Of a DNA stretch of 64,000 bases, positions 52,043 to 64,000 are shown piece by piece. Both the position numbers and the translations under genes were made by a program. The notes under the pieces were generated by a model. It was not told the origin of the DNA and made no database searches. It saw only the letters and a list, made by a program, of their open reading frames with translations. The DNA is from Kudoa neothunni (taxonomy: Eukaryota > Animalia > Cnidaria). Within the stretch, counting starts at the first letter, position 1. Each line of letters opens with the position of its first letter. The stretch lies in the NCBI GenBank assembly GCA_964304625.1, contig OZ199839.1, positions 325,970 through 389,969 on the forward strand, in the 5' to 3' direction.

Positions 52043-53207
52043 CCCTCCCTGTCCTGGTCCGGAGTGGGGTCCGCGTGGATCTCATATCCGATTAATTTGA
52101 ACCTAATTTTCGATAGACAAATCCAAACCATCCGTAAATTTCGGAACTCCTCTAAAAATGTACAACACTTAGAATAACATAAAAAGAATTCATTTTCAAA
52201 AATTACTATCGACCAATTTTAATGATTTTTGTGCGTTTAGAGACAAAAATATGTTTCGTTTTTAAGCAGAACACACATGTACTGAGAAAATACACTTTTC
52301 TCTTATAATTGTAGATTTAAAGATTTAGGATGTAATATTTAATTGAGTAAAAAATGAAACTTAGCTTATTATGGAATTTCTCCACGGATTACCGAGTCTT
52401 AATCCCAAAATAACTTAACTAATTTTCATATTTAGTTTTCGTTATTATAAGTTTTTTGCTAGAAGAATTTAAGTGGTTCTTCCATTAAACTTTTAATTTT
52501 AATGGTTTTTAAGGAGAATCAATAAAGTGGTTTAAATATAGGGGAATATTCTTTTGTGTTACTTAACTTTGTAATTATGAAAACCCACTTCTTATATTAT
52601 TAAATTTATAAGGAAAAAAATTTTAAAACAGAGCAATATAGTGAAAATAAAAGATTACATAACAGAAATAACACAACAAATCTAGTTTTCAAATAACTAA
52701 TTAGGTCTGAAAAAAAGAACGAATAAATCAAATATCAAGAGTTAATTTGAACTGTGACTTTTATATATGCCTTAAAAATTACGGTAAATTACGAATTAGA
52801 GCCAAGACGCCTTATTCATTTTAATCCGTTTATTATTAGTTTGTTGTTTCCCATTTTATACGATCGTGCTGCCGCTGTTGCTATCAGCTCGGATTAATTT
52901 TTCTTATGATTTCTTCTTTTGAAGTTGTTTTCATTTTTCAAATTACTTTGTTCTCAGTTAAAATATTTTTAATTTAAATTTTTTCTCAATTTAAATAGCC
53001 GTTACCTGTGTATTATGGGACTCTGTTTTGAAGTCTATTAGCGCTCCATAATCAATGTAAATTTCTGTGCTGAACATCTTATGAATAGTTGAAAAATTAT
53101 TTAACACATAGCACTAAGAAAATAATGGTCATTAAGACAGTTTGTTCTGGGGTCCTATAGGTCCCCTTCGGGATACGTGTGATTTTTCCCGCTCAGTACA
53201 GAGAGGG
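52043..53207. mobile_element. Non-autonomous piggyBac-type element (1165 bp)
   Basis: TTAA|CCCTCCCTGTCCTG ... CAGTACAGAGAGGG|TAAA. Subterminal GGGGTCC palindromes at both ends; no transposase. Confidence 0.75.
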
Positions 53208-53253
53208 TAAACGAGCTTGGGGTGAAAAACATTCCAGGCTTTTTTTTGCTTAA

Positions 53254-56086
53254 CTCTCATCTACACGAGGGAAAAAAATACATTACTGCACGGTGGGAGT
53301 CAAAATGACCACCATCTCTTTTTGAAAAATTGTGAATAGGTTTTCAATGGATGACCATAAATCATATTAGAAGATAATTTATTGTTGCGTAAAATATATA
53401 AAATTTATAAATGAATGTCTAGTAGATACGAGAAATAAACAAATTTAATCATGCCCGCGGCACAATAAATTCCAAATTGGCGAAATACAACCTTTTAGTG
53501 AAATAAAAATATGAACTAAATAATAAATTTGGATAAAATTTAATTTGAACCTTATCAGTATAGGATTGAAAGTACTGAATATGATTTCTAGGGCTATTAT
53601 TATGAACTTTATTTTGGCCATTAGATCACTCACCTATTTCCATATGTGGATGAAGAAATATAGTGACGATTTGTAGCCCCTTTTCAAATAATGTTTGATG
53701 CGGATACTGTTTAATCAATTATATACACGCTCATTTATTCATCCTTTTCTATTGTTAAGTCATTTATAAGTTATAACTCGGGGAAAAAATCAATAAAAAT
53801 GCAATTATAAAATTTCCAAAAGTTTATTTGTTTATAATGGAATTTAAACAATTAATACAAACGATAATTTCATCTCGATGATTATTTCAAACCATTTAAA
53901 GCAAAACTTGAATTGAGTGATGGTCTTACTTTTGTCATTACGACAACAAATTTTGCACCATTTTCTAATTTTTGTTTGAGATATTCTCGGTCTCTTTAAT
54001 GTGAGAGTTTTGTTCCCAACATCTTTTGGGGTAAAAGCTCGTCTGTTAATAATTTGATAAACTCCCTTCTGGACCTATGTTTATATTTGTCGGCGAATGC
54101 AGGATGCTTTCCACAGTACAACAAATAACAGTTGTAGGCTGCAATATCTAAAATGTTGAAAAAAGCGACATCGGCCATCTTCTAGTTTTTCTTTTTGCAG
54201 AGAAATGTCGGATTACTTGGTCCAGTGTGTCCACATCTACTTTGGTGTTATTATATATAATATGTAACAATCTCAGGTTTTTTACTCACATCCATTTCTG
54301 GATTTATGTGAAGTGTAGACAAGAGGACGACCGATTTATTATCTTTGGGATTATACTTTACAATGGTAACTTTCCGTTGGAATAAAAACTTCACATTTCC
54401 ATCTTTTCCCTTTTTCTACTGGAATTCCGTCGGTAAAAAACTTTTATTTTTCTTGACAATTCTAACTATAGTTAATCGTTGACTTAGTAGGAATCTTTCA
54501 AGAGATAATGTAATAAAAAAGTTGTCTGTTGTAATGCTTCTACCAATTTTAAAAACAGGCTCGCGTATATTTTTGACTACATTTTCGCCATTATGAAACT
54601 CTACATGGTCATGATCTTTTCCAAGATATACCTTGGAATTAAATAAATACGCATAATATTCATATTTTAATTCCATATCTTCCGGGCTTGTCTGGAATAT
54701 ATATTTTGAACCCACATCTGCCCGGAATGTCACAAATTGCTCGTCCCCTGCCAGTTGTTCATTTGGAGAGTAATTTTTCCTGCAATTATCAATAAACCAA
54801 TTATCAATAAACCGTTCGAAAATTTCTCTTATTGGTGAAAATTTATCAATTTTGTTCCTTTCTTCGTGTTTGTCAAATCTTATGGAAGAAGATAATTTTT
54901 CAAAAGGCGAATGGATATTGATTGTACGGTCACCGGTTGGCCGTATTTGGGACTTCAAAATTCTCAAACGTCCATATTTTCAACTTTTATTATTCCCATA
55001 AGTAAGCTGCAATCAATATACTTCCTCAAGTCATCTTTTGTGATTGGAGTTAACCCCTTTCGTTCTTTGTTTATGTAGTTGTTGGTACAATCAACAATCC
55101 AGCCGAGCATACGTTGGTCAATAAAATTTCCAAACGACATAAATGGGGTATGAGATCGCTGTAAAACATTTTTCTTGAAACCTGATTTAATTTTAAAAAT
55201 GTTTTCGGCATCTGGTCGTCTTTAGATATGTGTTGGTTCATCAGACCATTTTTCTCCATCCTTCGACATAAGTGCGACCAGCTTCGTCGTTTAAATTGTT
55301 TTTATCATTAGATTCAGAGTCTGAATAATCAATTTAGGGGTCATCAATCACGCAATCCCTAAATTCTGAATTAGTTTCCTCAAAATTTACGATTTTTTCT
55401 GACGATTCGGGATCCATTGTACCATTTGCGTGACCTGCAGAAATAGTATCTTCCTATTATTCCAACACAAATTTTATAATTTTTAATAAACTTCTAAAAT
55501 ATTAAATTAACTGTTAATTTACTGTAAATCCATCCATTTAAAAAATTATTTAAAGTTATTACACAAAACGTTTGGATGAGAATTGTTGTGCAGGAGTTTA
55601 AAAATGACAAAAAAATCGAGAAATGTGACTTATTGACAGTCTGAATAATTTCCTAAAAAAATCCTACATCAATTAGTATTCGAATATGGATAATAAATTA
55701 ACAATGTTTTTCTCCATCTGCAGAAGGAAATAAGTTAATGATCCAACGTCAAAAATAAAGCTCATAATGATTGTTTTAATAATTTTATTATATATACCTA
55801 ATAAACTTTTAATAAAATTCAAATTATGGCTTATCTCAATAGATAACTTTATTAATGTTTTAATTTGAATAAAATGTTTTTTTGCAAAATTGGAATATGC
55901 TGTGTCTCCGTCATGATTAATGGTGTAATTTTGTCGTATCTACTAAACATCAATTTATAATATTTATACGGTTTATACAACATTAAACTAACCTTCAATG
56001 CACTGTATAGTCTTATATTAAAAAACTATTCAGAGCTTTTAATAAAAAGGTGGTGGTCATATTGACCCCCACCATGTGGATGAGGG
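53254..56086 (-). mobile_element. piggyBac (PGBD4-like) transposon, full length, transposase pseudogenised
   Basis: TTAA on both sides. TIRs C(T/C)CTCATC(T/C)ACA plus a subterminal IR GGTGGG(A/G)GTCAA(A/T)ATGACCACCA. ORFs contain DEQFVTFR, ITTDNFF and FFNILDIAAYN. Confidence 0.9.
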
Positions 56087-57517
56087 TTAAATCAAGAAAA
56101 GTACGATTTTTATGCATAAGAGATGGTTAAGGTATGGCGTTAATGGGAAAATTATCCATTTAAAATCATTATAATATTTTATAAAATTTTTTATGAGAAA
56201 TATAGCCTATTGTAATTGTGAAATCAAATTTTTAATATCTCACATGTTCTAGGAGATATTCCCATTCATGCAAATAGCCGCATCCTTAAATGTTTCGGTT
56301 TATTGATATAATAAATAATTTATATACATGTTTATATTCACAAATGTTGAAAAATGAATTCTTCCCGGCCTTGCAATTGATTATATTTTCGATGAAATTT
56401 CGAGGTTTAAAGTTCCGATAATAATATTTTGATGTTAACTTTTAATAAAGGCTGTTCTATGCTATTTTCAGCTTAATTACTATTATTTAATTGTTCCTTA
56501 TGAGGGTTTAATTCATTATTTCTGTCAAGTTTTGTAATTTTGATAAATGAGATCCTCATTAAATCAACAGGAGTCTCCTAATCCTCATTATCAGGAATTA
56601 AATCATAAAATATTTCTTTTTTCTTTACTGCCACACATATCTCCAACTATAATAAATTGTAAATATTATATTTGCCAACAAACCAGCACTTTTATTGAGA
56701 AAACGAACGACGAAAACGTCATCATGAGTCTTAGTTACTTTCCCCAGTAGACTAATAGACCATATGGCATTATTCAAAAGTTCCCCACAAAATTCGTAAG
56801 TTATATTAACCAACACCACCGAAAAACTTTTTTTATTGTAACTTTTGTCTGAATTTATTTTGATTAAAATATTTTTTACTGTCAAAAATGGTTGAAACTT
56901 TTTATTTGTTATTTTCTCTTATATGACACGTTTAAAAATCTCTTCCCATATTACTTTATTCACTGATGAATACACAATTCTCAGAAAAGAAGGGTAATGT
57001 TTGTGATAATCAAAATTTTAATTATATACGTATTGTATAACAATATAAAGATCTTCGAAGAAAACGAACCATATTCCATATATAAACATGCTAAAACTAA
57101 TCTTTTACCATTCCAACCCGAATGAATACAATGGAGACTGAAATAACTTCTAAGTGGAAGATTAATTATTTATATAGACTAATTTAAAAAAAGGGGGTAC
57201 TACTTTTATATCGAAATACTTATAATTACATGATAATTACGTTAGATCATTCATGGACCCAGGATGGATGCACCCTTAGAAATTTCTTATTCTTCAAACT
57301 TTTCTAGAATTTATAAAAAATTAAGTCAAGTAAATATTAGATAATATGCAAAATATGAATAAAATATGTGCGGTAGTTTTGGAGATATTCATTCCCTGAG
57401 ATATGGCCACTTACAACAATAAATTCAGCTAATGACTTTAAATATCAAATAATGTTACGTGATAAAATAATTTTATTAATAAATACTACCTATTAACTAT
57501 AGTTAACGAAAATTAAT

Positions 57518-60513
57518 TTAATCTCTTTTTTTCTTCAATACCACGATGCCAACTATTGCAATAATCACAACCACAGCAACGCATGCAATAATGATTCTAT
57601 AAAAGGTTAGTTCAAATATCAATATTTAAAGATGTTTACATGAGTTTAGTTTTATCCCTAAAAAATATTAAATATAATTAAAAAAATATTGCTAAACTCA
57701 CCCTGAGCTACTTTTTGCTCCTACGATACATAACATTAAATCACACTGTGAACAAATAATATACCTTGTTGTATGTCAGCACCGCCAAAAATTGTATTAT
57801 CTTCAACACTGTAAACAGTCAAATAATAGTTATTTCCATCAGGTAAATTATTTATTTTGAATTCTTTACAGGTTTTAAAGGCAGTACATCTGTCGACGTC
57901 TCTTCCCATGCAAGATTTTACTACCGCATTAGACTTGACACTACTGTTACGTAACTCCCATTTGCATTTTGATTCATCGTTCATACCGGCTGGAAGTGTG
58001 GTGGTTACAATGAAACTATTCCCATCACGTGTAATGACGACTGATATCAATTTTGAGGAGTCAGTTGGGTTTACTTGTGGTGCACCTAATAAAGTTTCGT
58101 TTAAGAAATTCTTAATAGTATCGTTCATCGAAGCATTAATTGTAGTACTTGATTCTATGATATGCTCTTGTTGTGAAGATTTTCCGATAGCTGTGACTAA
58201 AATTTTGTATGTATTTGCTGCTTCATACTCGGGAAATGTTATGGAACTGCAAAGCGGATTGGATGAACATGTGTTTATGCCGTTAGTGGCACCAGCAAGC
58301 TGTGTATCTGAAGTACCTGGAGCTGAAGATTTCGCCGCTGGCATTAGACCACCAACTGCTACCATCGGTACAGCAATTCTAGCTATGTTGAGATCTGCAG
58401 AACCTAACCTGGAAGAAGCAGCTGAAACGGGGTTTGGTTCCATTGGAGTGGCAACAGGTGTCGTTACTTTCGGCATCACTGGACATGTGTAATAGTCGAT
58501 GTAATCGTTACCATTCTTCTTTTGTATGACATAACTACAAGTTGCACTTGGATCTACAGAATTTAATCGAGCCCTCAATGACAAGCCATCCAATGTAATC
58601 TTGTGAGTTATCGTTAATGTTGTTAACGCTATTAAAAATTTAAAGAGTATATTATAACTTCAATAACCTGTTTGTATATTTGTGTAATCTTTTATGCCGT
58701 AATCCTTATCTGCGATCACTCTGACGTCATAAGGCGTGTTTGGCTCCAGGTCTTCTATCGTAACTTGTTCACTACAAATTCCTCTACACGGGGTGTTGCC
58801 ATTGCAGTTCGCGTAGTAAAAGCTGCCCAATCCAGCCGGACTCACCAAATACTCACAGGTAGGTTCATTTTTCTTTTCTTGGGTTGAAGTTGTGGTAGCA
58901 GCCATAGCTGTAAAAGAGACTGTCGTGTCTGTCTTCGTAGGATCAGTAGTTCCATATTCTTTATTTTCTCCCTTTGCTGTATAATTCGTTATTTTATAAA
59001 ATAAATACATTGATTTACTTGTTCTTATGAATATATGTTCTTTGAAATCATTTGGATCAGTAATGCCTCCAGGTGTAATTTCAATCATGTATGGCTTTCC
59101 TGCTGTAAGTCCATTAAGCACCAATTTTGTGCAATCAGTTTTGCACTTATTATCATTCGTACTGCCAGCGTCGCACGTTGTTTCTGTTGGAGTTGTCGGT
59201 TTGAGTTTTCCAGCCAAATAGGGTTTAAGAGTGCATCCATTCATTTTTGGTCCAGAGCCTGCTTTTAATAATGGACCTTCAAACGTCACACCAGCATTGG
59301 TGTAAGAGGAAAGCAAACCTTCGCGTGATTCAGTAAATGCTAAAGAAAATAGTAAAAATTCGTGTTAATATAAGGATTACCGAATTTAGTTTGTTCGTAA
59401 CCGTCCAACTCAGCACCAGTAGCCTTTATATCGTTATGTCTTGTTTGGATTAAAATTTTATAAATTCTTTTGCCTGTGATGCCATTGAGTTCAATGTACT
59501 TACAAGGAGCATAACATTTCTTGTCGGTTCCACCACACACTGAAGTATACGATGGATTATTTGCTGTCTGCAGACCATCTTTAATACTGAATAGGCATAT
59601 TTCAGACGACGGGGAGTTAGTGAATTTAATTCCCACTTTGTTTTCATTTTTGGACACAATATAAAACTGTGGCTTATAAATGTCTATGATTTTCTTCATG
59701 TATTGATTGGGCATATTGTAAAAGAAACTGGGATAATTTTCGCACCTTACTTCATAATGCGGTAACAACAAATCAAAATCAACTTTGTTTGCTGAATTCG
59801 CAGTATTACAATATGTCCCCTTGGTACCATCTACATATTTAATATCTTTATAATAAATAGGACAATCTACAGGTGTGCAAGTTATTGCTGAAAATTCCAG
59901 CTGCTGAGTGTCTGTAGATGTAGATACGGCAATTTGTGGGTTAGCCAGCAATGCTAAATTCAATTTATTCTCGCATTAAAAGAAAAGTTTACGTATTGAA
60001 TATCCGAATACTTTTGCTTCTGCTCCTCTAACTGCCTCTTTAACAGTAGCTGTGTTAGTGCCAACGTAAACATATATGTATTTGGTTCTTGGTGACAGCT
60101 GTTTGTAATTAATAGTATTCTCATTAGTATCACAGTCGACAACACATTTATTAGTAACACCAGCTTCACTAACATTAGCAGTGCAGGTGTCGATGTCTGT
60201 AAACGCAGCTGGTGTCGTACTCGTTGCAATTTCTGCTTCGTTAGATCGCCTTATAAGACATTTTTTGCCATTTCCATATTCAGTGCCTCCAAGCTTGAGT
60301 TTAATTTTGTCTGTATCAGTACCTGAACCTTTCACAATTTGGTATTTCAATGTTTTTGTTGGAGGTGCAGAGGCAGGTGAAGCTGCAGCTGGAGGATTTG
60401 AAGTTCCATTAGCAATGGCTTCGTTTGACAATAAAACAACTAAACTTACATTAGTATTAAAATTAACTCAGGAATAAACCTAAAACAAGGTAGATAAGTT
60501 CAACCATTTTCAT
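57518..60513 (-). CDS. Type I membrane protein with about 7 tandem Cys-rich FN3-like repeats and a 5-aa cytoplasmic tail
   Basis: Spliced signal peptide MKMVELIYLVLVVLLSNEAIA. Repeats end in FN3-like L-x-P/A-x-T/K-x-Y motifs (QLSPRTKY, NGLTAGKPY, EDLEPNTPY, NNLPDGNNY). 19- and 18-nt micro-exons precede TM IIIIACVAVVVIIAIVGIVVL-KKKRD*. Confidence 0.85.
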
Positions 60514-60777
60514 GAGTAACAATTAAATGAACTACTAATTGATGGTTCGGAATACAATTGACCCGAATTTCACTCATTTGTGGATATGATTCATTCATCG
60601 TCAGATTTCAAATCTTACACTAGATAAAAATTATTGAAGTTATTAAAAAATTAAGCTAAACTAATTTTTTGCAATCTATCTCATATTTGTGTGATAAATT
60701 AATTAGAACTTTTGATGGAACTAAAAGTTTTCCCACATTACATTGTTTTTTGGGGTAATATGGAAGTAAAATATTAA

Positions 60778-62120
60778 TTTTTTACAAGGTTAAACCCCTG
60801 GTGCAACTTGTTAGGTTGTACCGTTCAGTTTGGTTAGGTGTAATAAGTATTTTGTGCTAATAAAAACCCCTTTTATCGACGCACAAAATAATCCCATTAT
60901 CAACCGGCTGCTGCCGGTTAAGTTAATATGCTACATTAGGCCTTATCCATTTACGCTATAGGCACCGCAGCGTCATATTAAGGCGACTTACGTTTATGCG
61001 GTAATGCGGGATTTTAACCCATTAAACATCCTCGTTTCGGAGCAACCACCACCCCAACCATACCCTGGACTAACCCAGAATTAGTCTGGGAAAGTCGTCT
61101 GAATGCGGGCGACAGCTCTACGGAAACCCCCTACTGGGACCGGGCTGTATGGCTAAAGTACACGGTATAGTGATTGGCTTCGGATATATTCGCAACAGAG
61201 CTAGCATTCATGGATTTTTCCCTCTCCAACGTTGATTCAATGGTTCTGGAAGATATATATTTATTGAAGAGAGAGCATGAAAAATTCATGTTTTTATAAA
61301 ACTTAGGGCTACTTCCAAAAGAGCAGATTTGTGACAAATGTAATTTGCAGATGAGCCTACAAAAAGATCAAGTAATTGATGGATATGACTTCAGATGTAA
61401 TGGATGTCGAAGAAGATTAAGCCTTCGCAAAGGAACTTTTTTTGAAGGTCCCAAGCTATTGTTATGGCGAATATTTATGCTAATATATTTTGACGTTTCT
61501 GACCTTCAACTGTCGTATAACATTCTCATGAACCAATTACAAATTGGTTCAAGAGAAACAATAATTAATTAGAAAAACTGTGTGAGAAAGATCTACATAG
61601 AATATTTCAATTAAAATCGCGTGATTGTGGGAGATAAAAATGTTACTGTTCAGCTCGCCGAATCGAACATATGCAAGAGAAAATACCACCGAGGAAGAGT
61701 GCTAGTGAATCAGAATGTGTGGATTGTCGGTGGTGCCGATGAAAACAACAACATTTTTCAAGTATTTACCGAAATAAGAAATTAGTCTACATTAGAATTT
61801 ATTATTATCATTATTTCCAAAATTAATATCTTACTCCCCATTATTGGCAAAAATACACGAAATGAATTAACTATACCTACTTTATAGCCAGGTTGTATTT
61901 TGTTCCCGTACCCCGGCGTTTGTGAGCACCCGATTTCTACCCTTTCACAAGGCTCCCCTCCTAGCTGCAAGCAAGGTCATGATAAATCGTGGATCCTTGC
62001 GATTACTACAACCTTCCTACTTAATTTCGGATTAGGACCACAGGAACTCCCGGACTAGGCTTCGAACTTGCAACCTCGCGATATGCAATCTCAACCTAAC
62101 ACCGCTATGCCATATTGTCC
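60778..62120 (-). mobile_element. Second copy of the tRNA-headed SINE, split by a Merlin insertion and a small insertion
   Basis: The reverse complement has A box TGGCATAGCGG and B box GTTCGAAGCC. Both halves align to 32029-32540. Confidence 0.7.
61151..61889 (+). mobile_element. Merlin/ISXO2 (IS1595-like) transposon, internally deleted
   Basis: Ends GGCTAAAGTA and TACTTTATAGCC. Degenerate 9-bp TSD GGGCTGTAT/AGGTTGTAT matches the empty site GGGTTGTAT in the other SINE copy. Coding remnants CDKC..CNGC..SLRKGTFF and VQLAES..KRKYHRGR..WIVGG. Confidence 0.85.
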
Positions 62121-64000
62121 AGGCTTTTCTCATCAGAATGGTCCAAACTTCTTTCTCAAATAATCCCATTTGTCTACATAACCCAAATTGCCGCATAATT
62201 AAAATAAAATCGCCGAGTAAGTATTCTTCAGCATTATAATTCAAAAATAAAGTTGTTAGTTAATAAAATCCGATATATCTGAAAAAATCGACGTTTCTTC
62301 GTCCATTTGATAGGAGAACCTCGAAATTATATCAACAGAAACTTTCGAGCGATCGACGAAGAATTCCACATGGGAATAGATGGGATACTAATTACAGATT
62401 TTCTTGGAAATTTGTCGATGTAATTCTACGGGAATTTCTCATTTAATTATTTAAAATTTTTCAAATTAATGTAAACGAAAAACCCCTGGGGTGTTGTTCG
62501 CCTCAAACCCATTAGAACAGTGTTTTCCTACAAATTTTACACCCTTACCCAAATCTTAATTTCCGCGTTCACTTCGCACCCCCTCCTCCATGCGAATTTC
62601 AAGACTCCATTTTACTTTTTATTTAAATGCGAAAATAATAATACCAATGAAATATGTCTAAAAATTATAATTTTTATTATTTTAGTTTATATTCTGACAT
62701 ACAAATTTCCCCAATTACTTCTGAAATAAATTAAAACCAAAATTTTTTGGTTAACTCAATTTGCTATGCATAAATGAAAAAGGACGAACATTATCATTTC
62801 ACTCCTCATGACTCAACATTCAATTATTGGAGCTTTTATTCATTCCTGCTTATATGTATCATTTTACGTAAAGTAATAAATAATTATAATAAATTATGTT
62901 ATTATAATTATTCCAAAATCTTACACGAAAAAAATAAACAATTTTTGATACGTGATTATAAAAAGTATGGCCGCTTAAATAAGTTCTGTACTTAAATGTG
63001 AAAATTAAATAAGCCGAATAAAAATAGCTAATTCGTATAGTTCACACGAAACATTATTTCAAAATCAATTGTTATTTAGTATTTATTTGATCTGGCGGCT
63101 CTCTTACTTTCGCTAGGTTTTCATAAATAATTCAACGCAGGAAATTTTGTTGGACTATGAAGCATAGAAAACGTTTGGGGTTAAATGAATTCCAATACGT
63201 ATTATTTGTATATAATAAAGTCGATAACCTTTTTTCATATGATATCTTGTACTAACTAAATCTAGCGACATCTTTATTCTATATTGAGTCATACTTTAGC
63301 TTAAATTTTGAGTTAGTGGGTTAATAAAAATTCAATAGATTCAAAAAATATGTTTTCGAAATATACTTGACGAAAATAATTAATATATATTGTTCAAATT
63401 GGCATTCATTTATTTACGTGTATAAATGAATGCTTTGATCCTTGTTTTACCTATACATTAATTAACAATTTAACTTAGATTTATATCAGAGGCAGGGTAC
63501 AAATTCGAAAGTAAAACTTGAAACGTAGCATAATAAAAACTATACAATTAAATTATAGATCTCAATTTTAGACAGAAGACAAAGTTAAAACTACATCGTG
63601 GTTTTATTTTTATGGATATAGATTATTTCTAAGTAGACAAAAATGTTGAAAACCTAATTACAGCTTAAGCATGTAAATATGTTGTTATAAAAGATAACAA
63701 AGTTACGATTTTATATGAAAATAGCAATAGTTAGATTTTATAAGCTGAATAGGCTTAATATAAACTACTACCATACTGCGCTATTTTGTGGAATCAATTA
63801 AAATAAATTATCATATACCATTTTTTGAATAGAAACTAATTGATATCAAAACAACCAAAAATATTACTACACGCACTATGTCCTTATATAATTTAAACGG
63901 GGACTAACGAAAATTACGAAGTGAATAAATTAAGATTAATTTTTAAATTTATTCTAGAATGACTCCCATTCCCCCAATGAAGGCTCTTCGAACCCCCTGT

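Noticed and set aside
56200-57470. Exon-like minus-strand segments (ORF 56625-56885; CIHPGSMNDL)
   Set aside because: I could not assemble a phase-consistent gene or recognise a domain.
57857-58492. 211-aa plus-strand ORF
   Set aside because: Antisense shadow of the FN3-like gene exon, with no motifs or splice support.
62130-62420. Possible Harbinger/ISL2EU transposase remnant (GRRN..FR..G, YLLGD)
   Set aside because: The motifs are too short and no TIR or TSD was found.
1-64000. Non-standard genetic code or non-canonical introns
   Set aside because: All conserved genes translate with the standard code and use GT-AG introns.

Overview
AT-rich eukaryotic (metazoan) genomic DNA with very short GT-AG introns (mostly 39-62 nt) and many transposon remnants. 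The architecture suggests a compact-gene parasite such as a myxozoan, but that is inference only. Genes were built by hand from splice sites: the 3' exons of an alpha-carbonic anhydrase, a divergent OS-9 ERAD lectin, a single-pass receptor with tandem Venus-flytrap (ANF-receptor-like) domains, SLC35B1, MnSOD, cyclin K, an ABHD12-like hydrolase, a short-collagen protein, a 54-aa spliced transmembrane microprotein, and a type I surface protein with about 7 Cys-rich FN3-like repeats. Mobile DNA includes four piggyBac-type elements, pogo/Tigger elements and a MITE, a Tc1/IS630 element, a Merlin element nested in a SINE, tRNA-headed SINEs and Helitron-like repeats. The most unusual items are a TA-flanked TIR element carrying a decayed Ty3/gypsy RNaseH-integrase fragment, the three lineage-specific-looking extracellular proteins, and OS-9 with a degenerate glycan-binding signature. 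No database search could be run; all family assignments come from recognised motifs. Some frameshifts fall in homopolymer runs and may be assembly errors.
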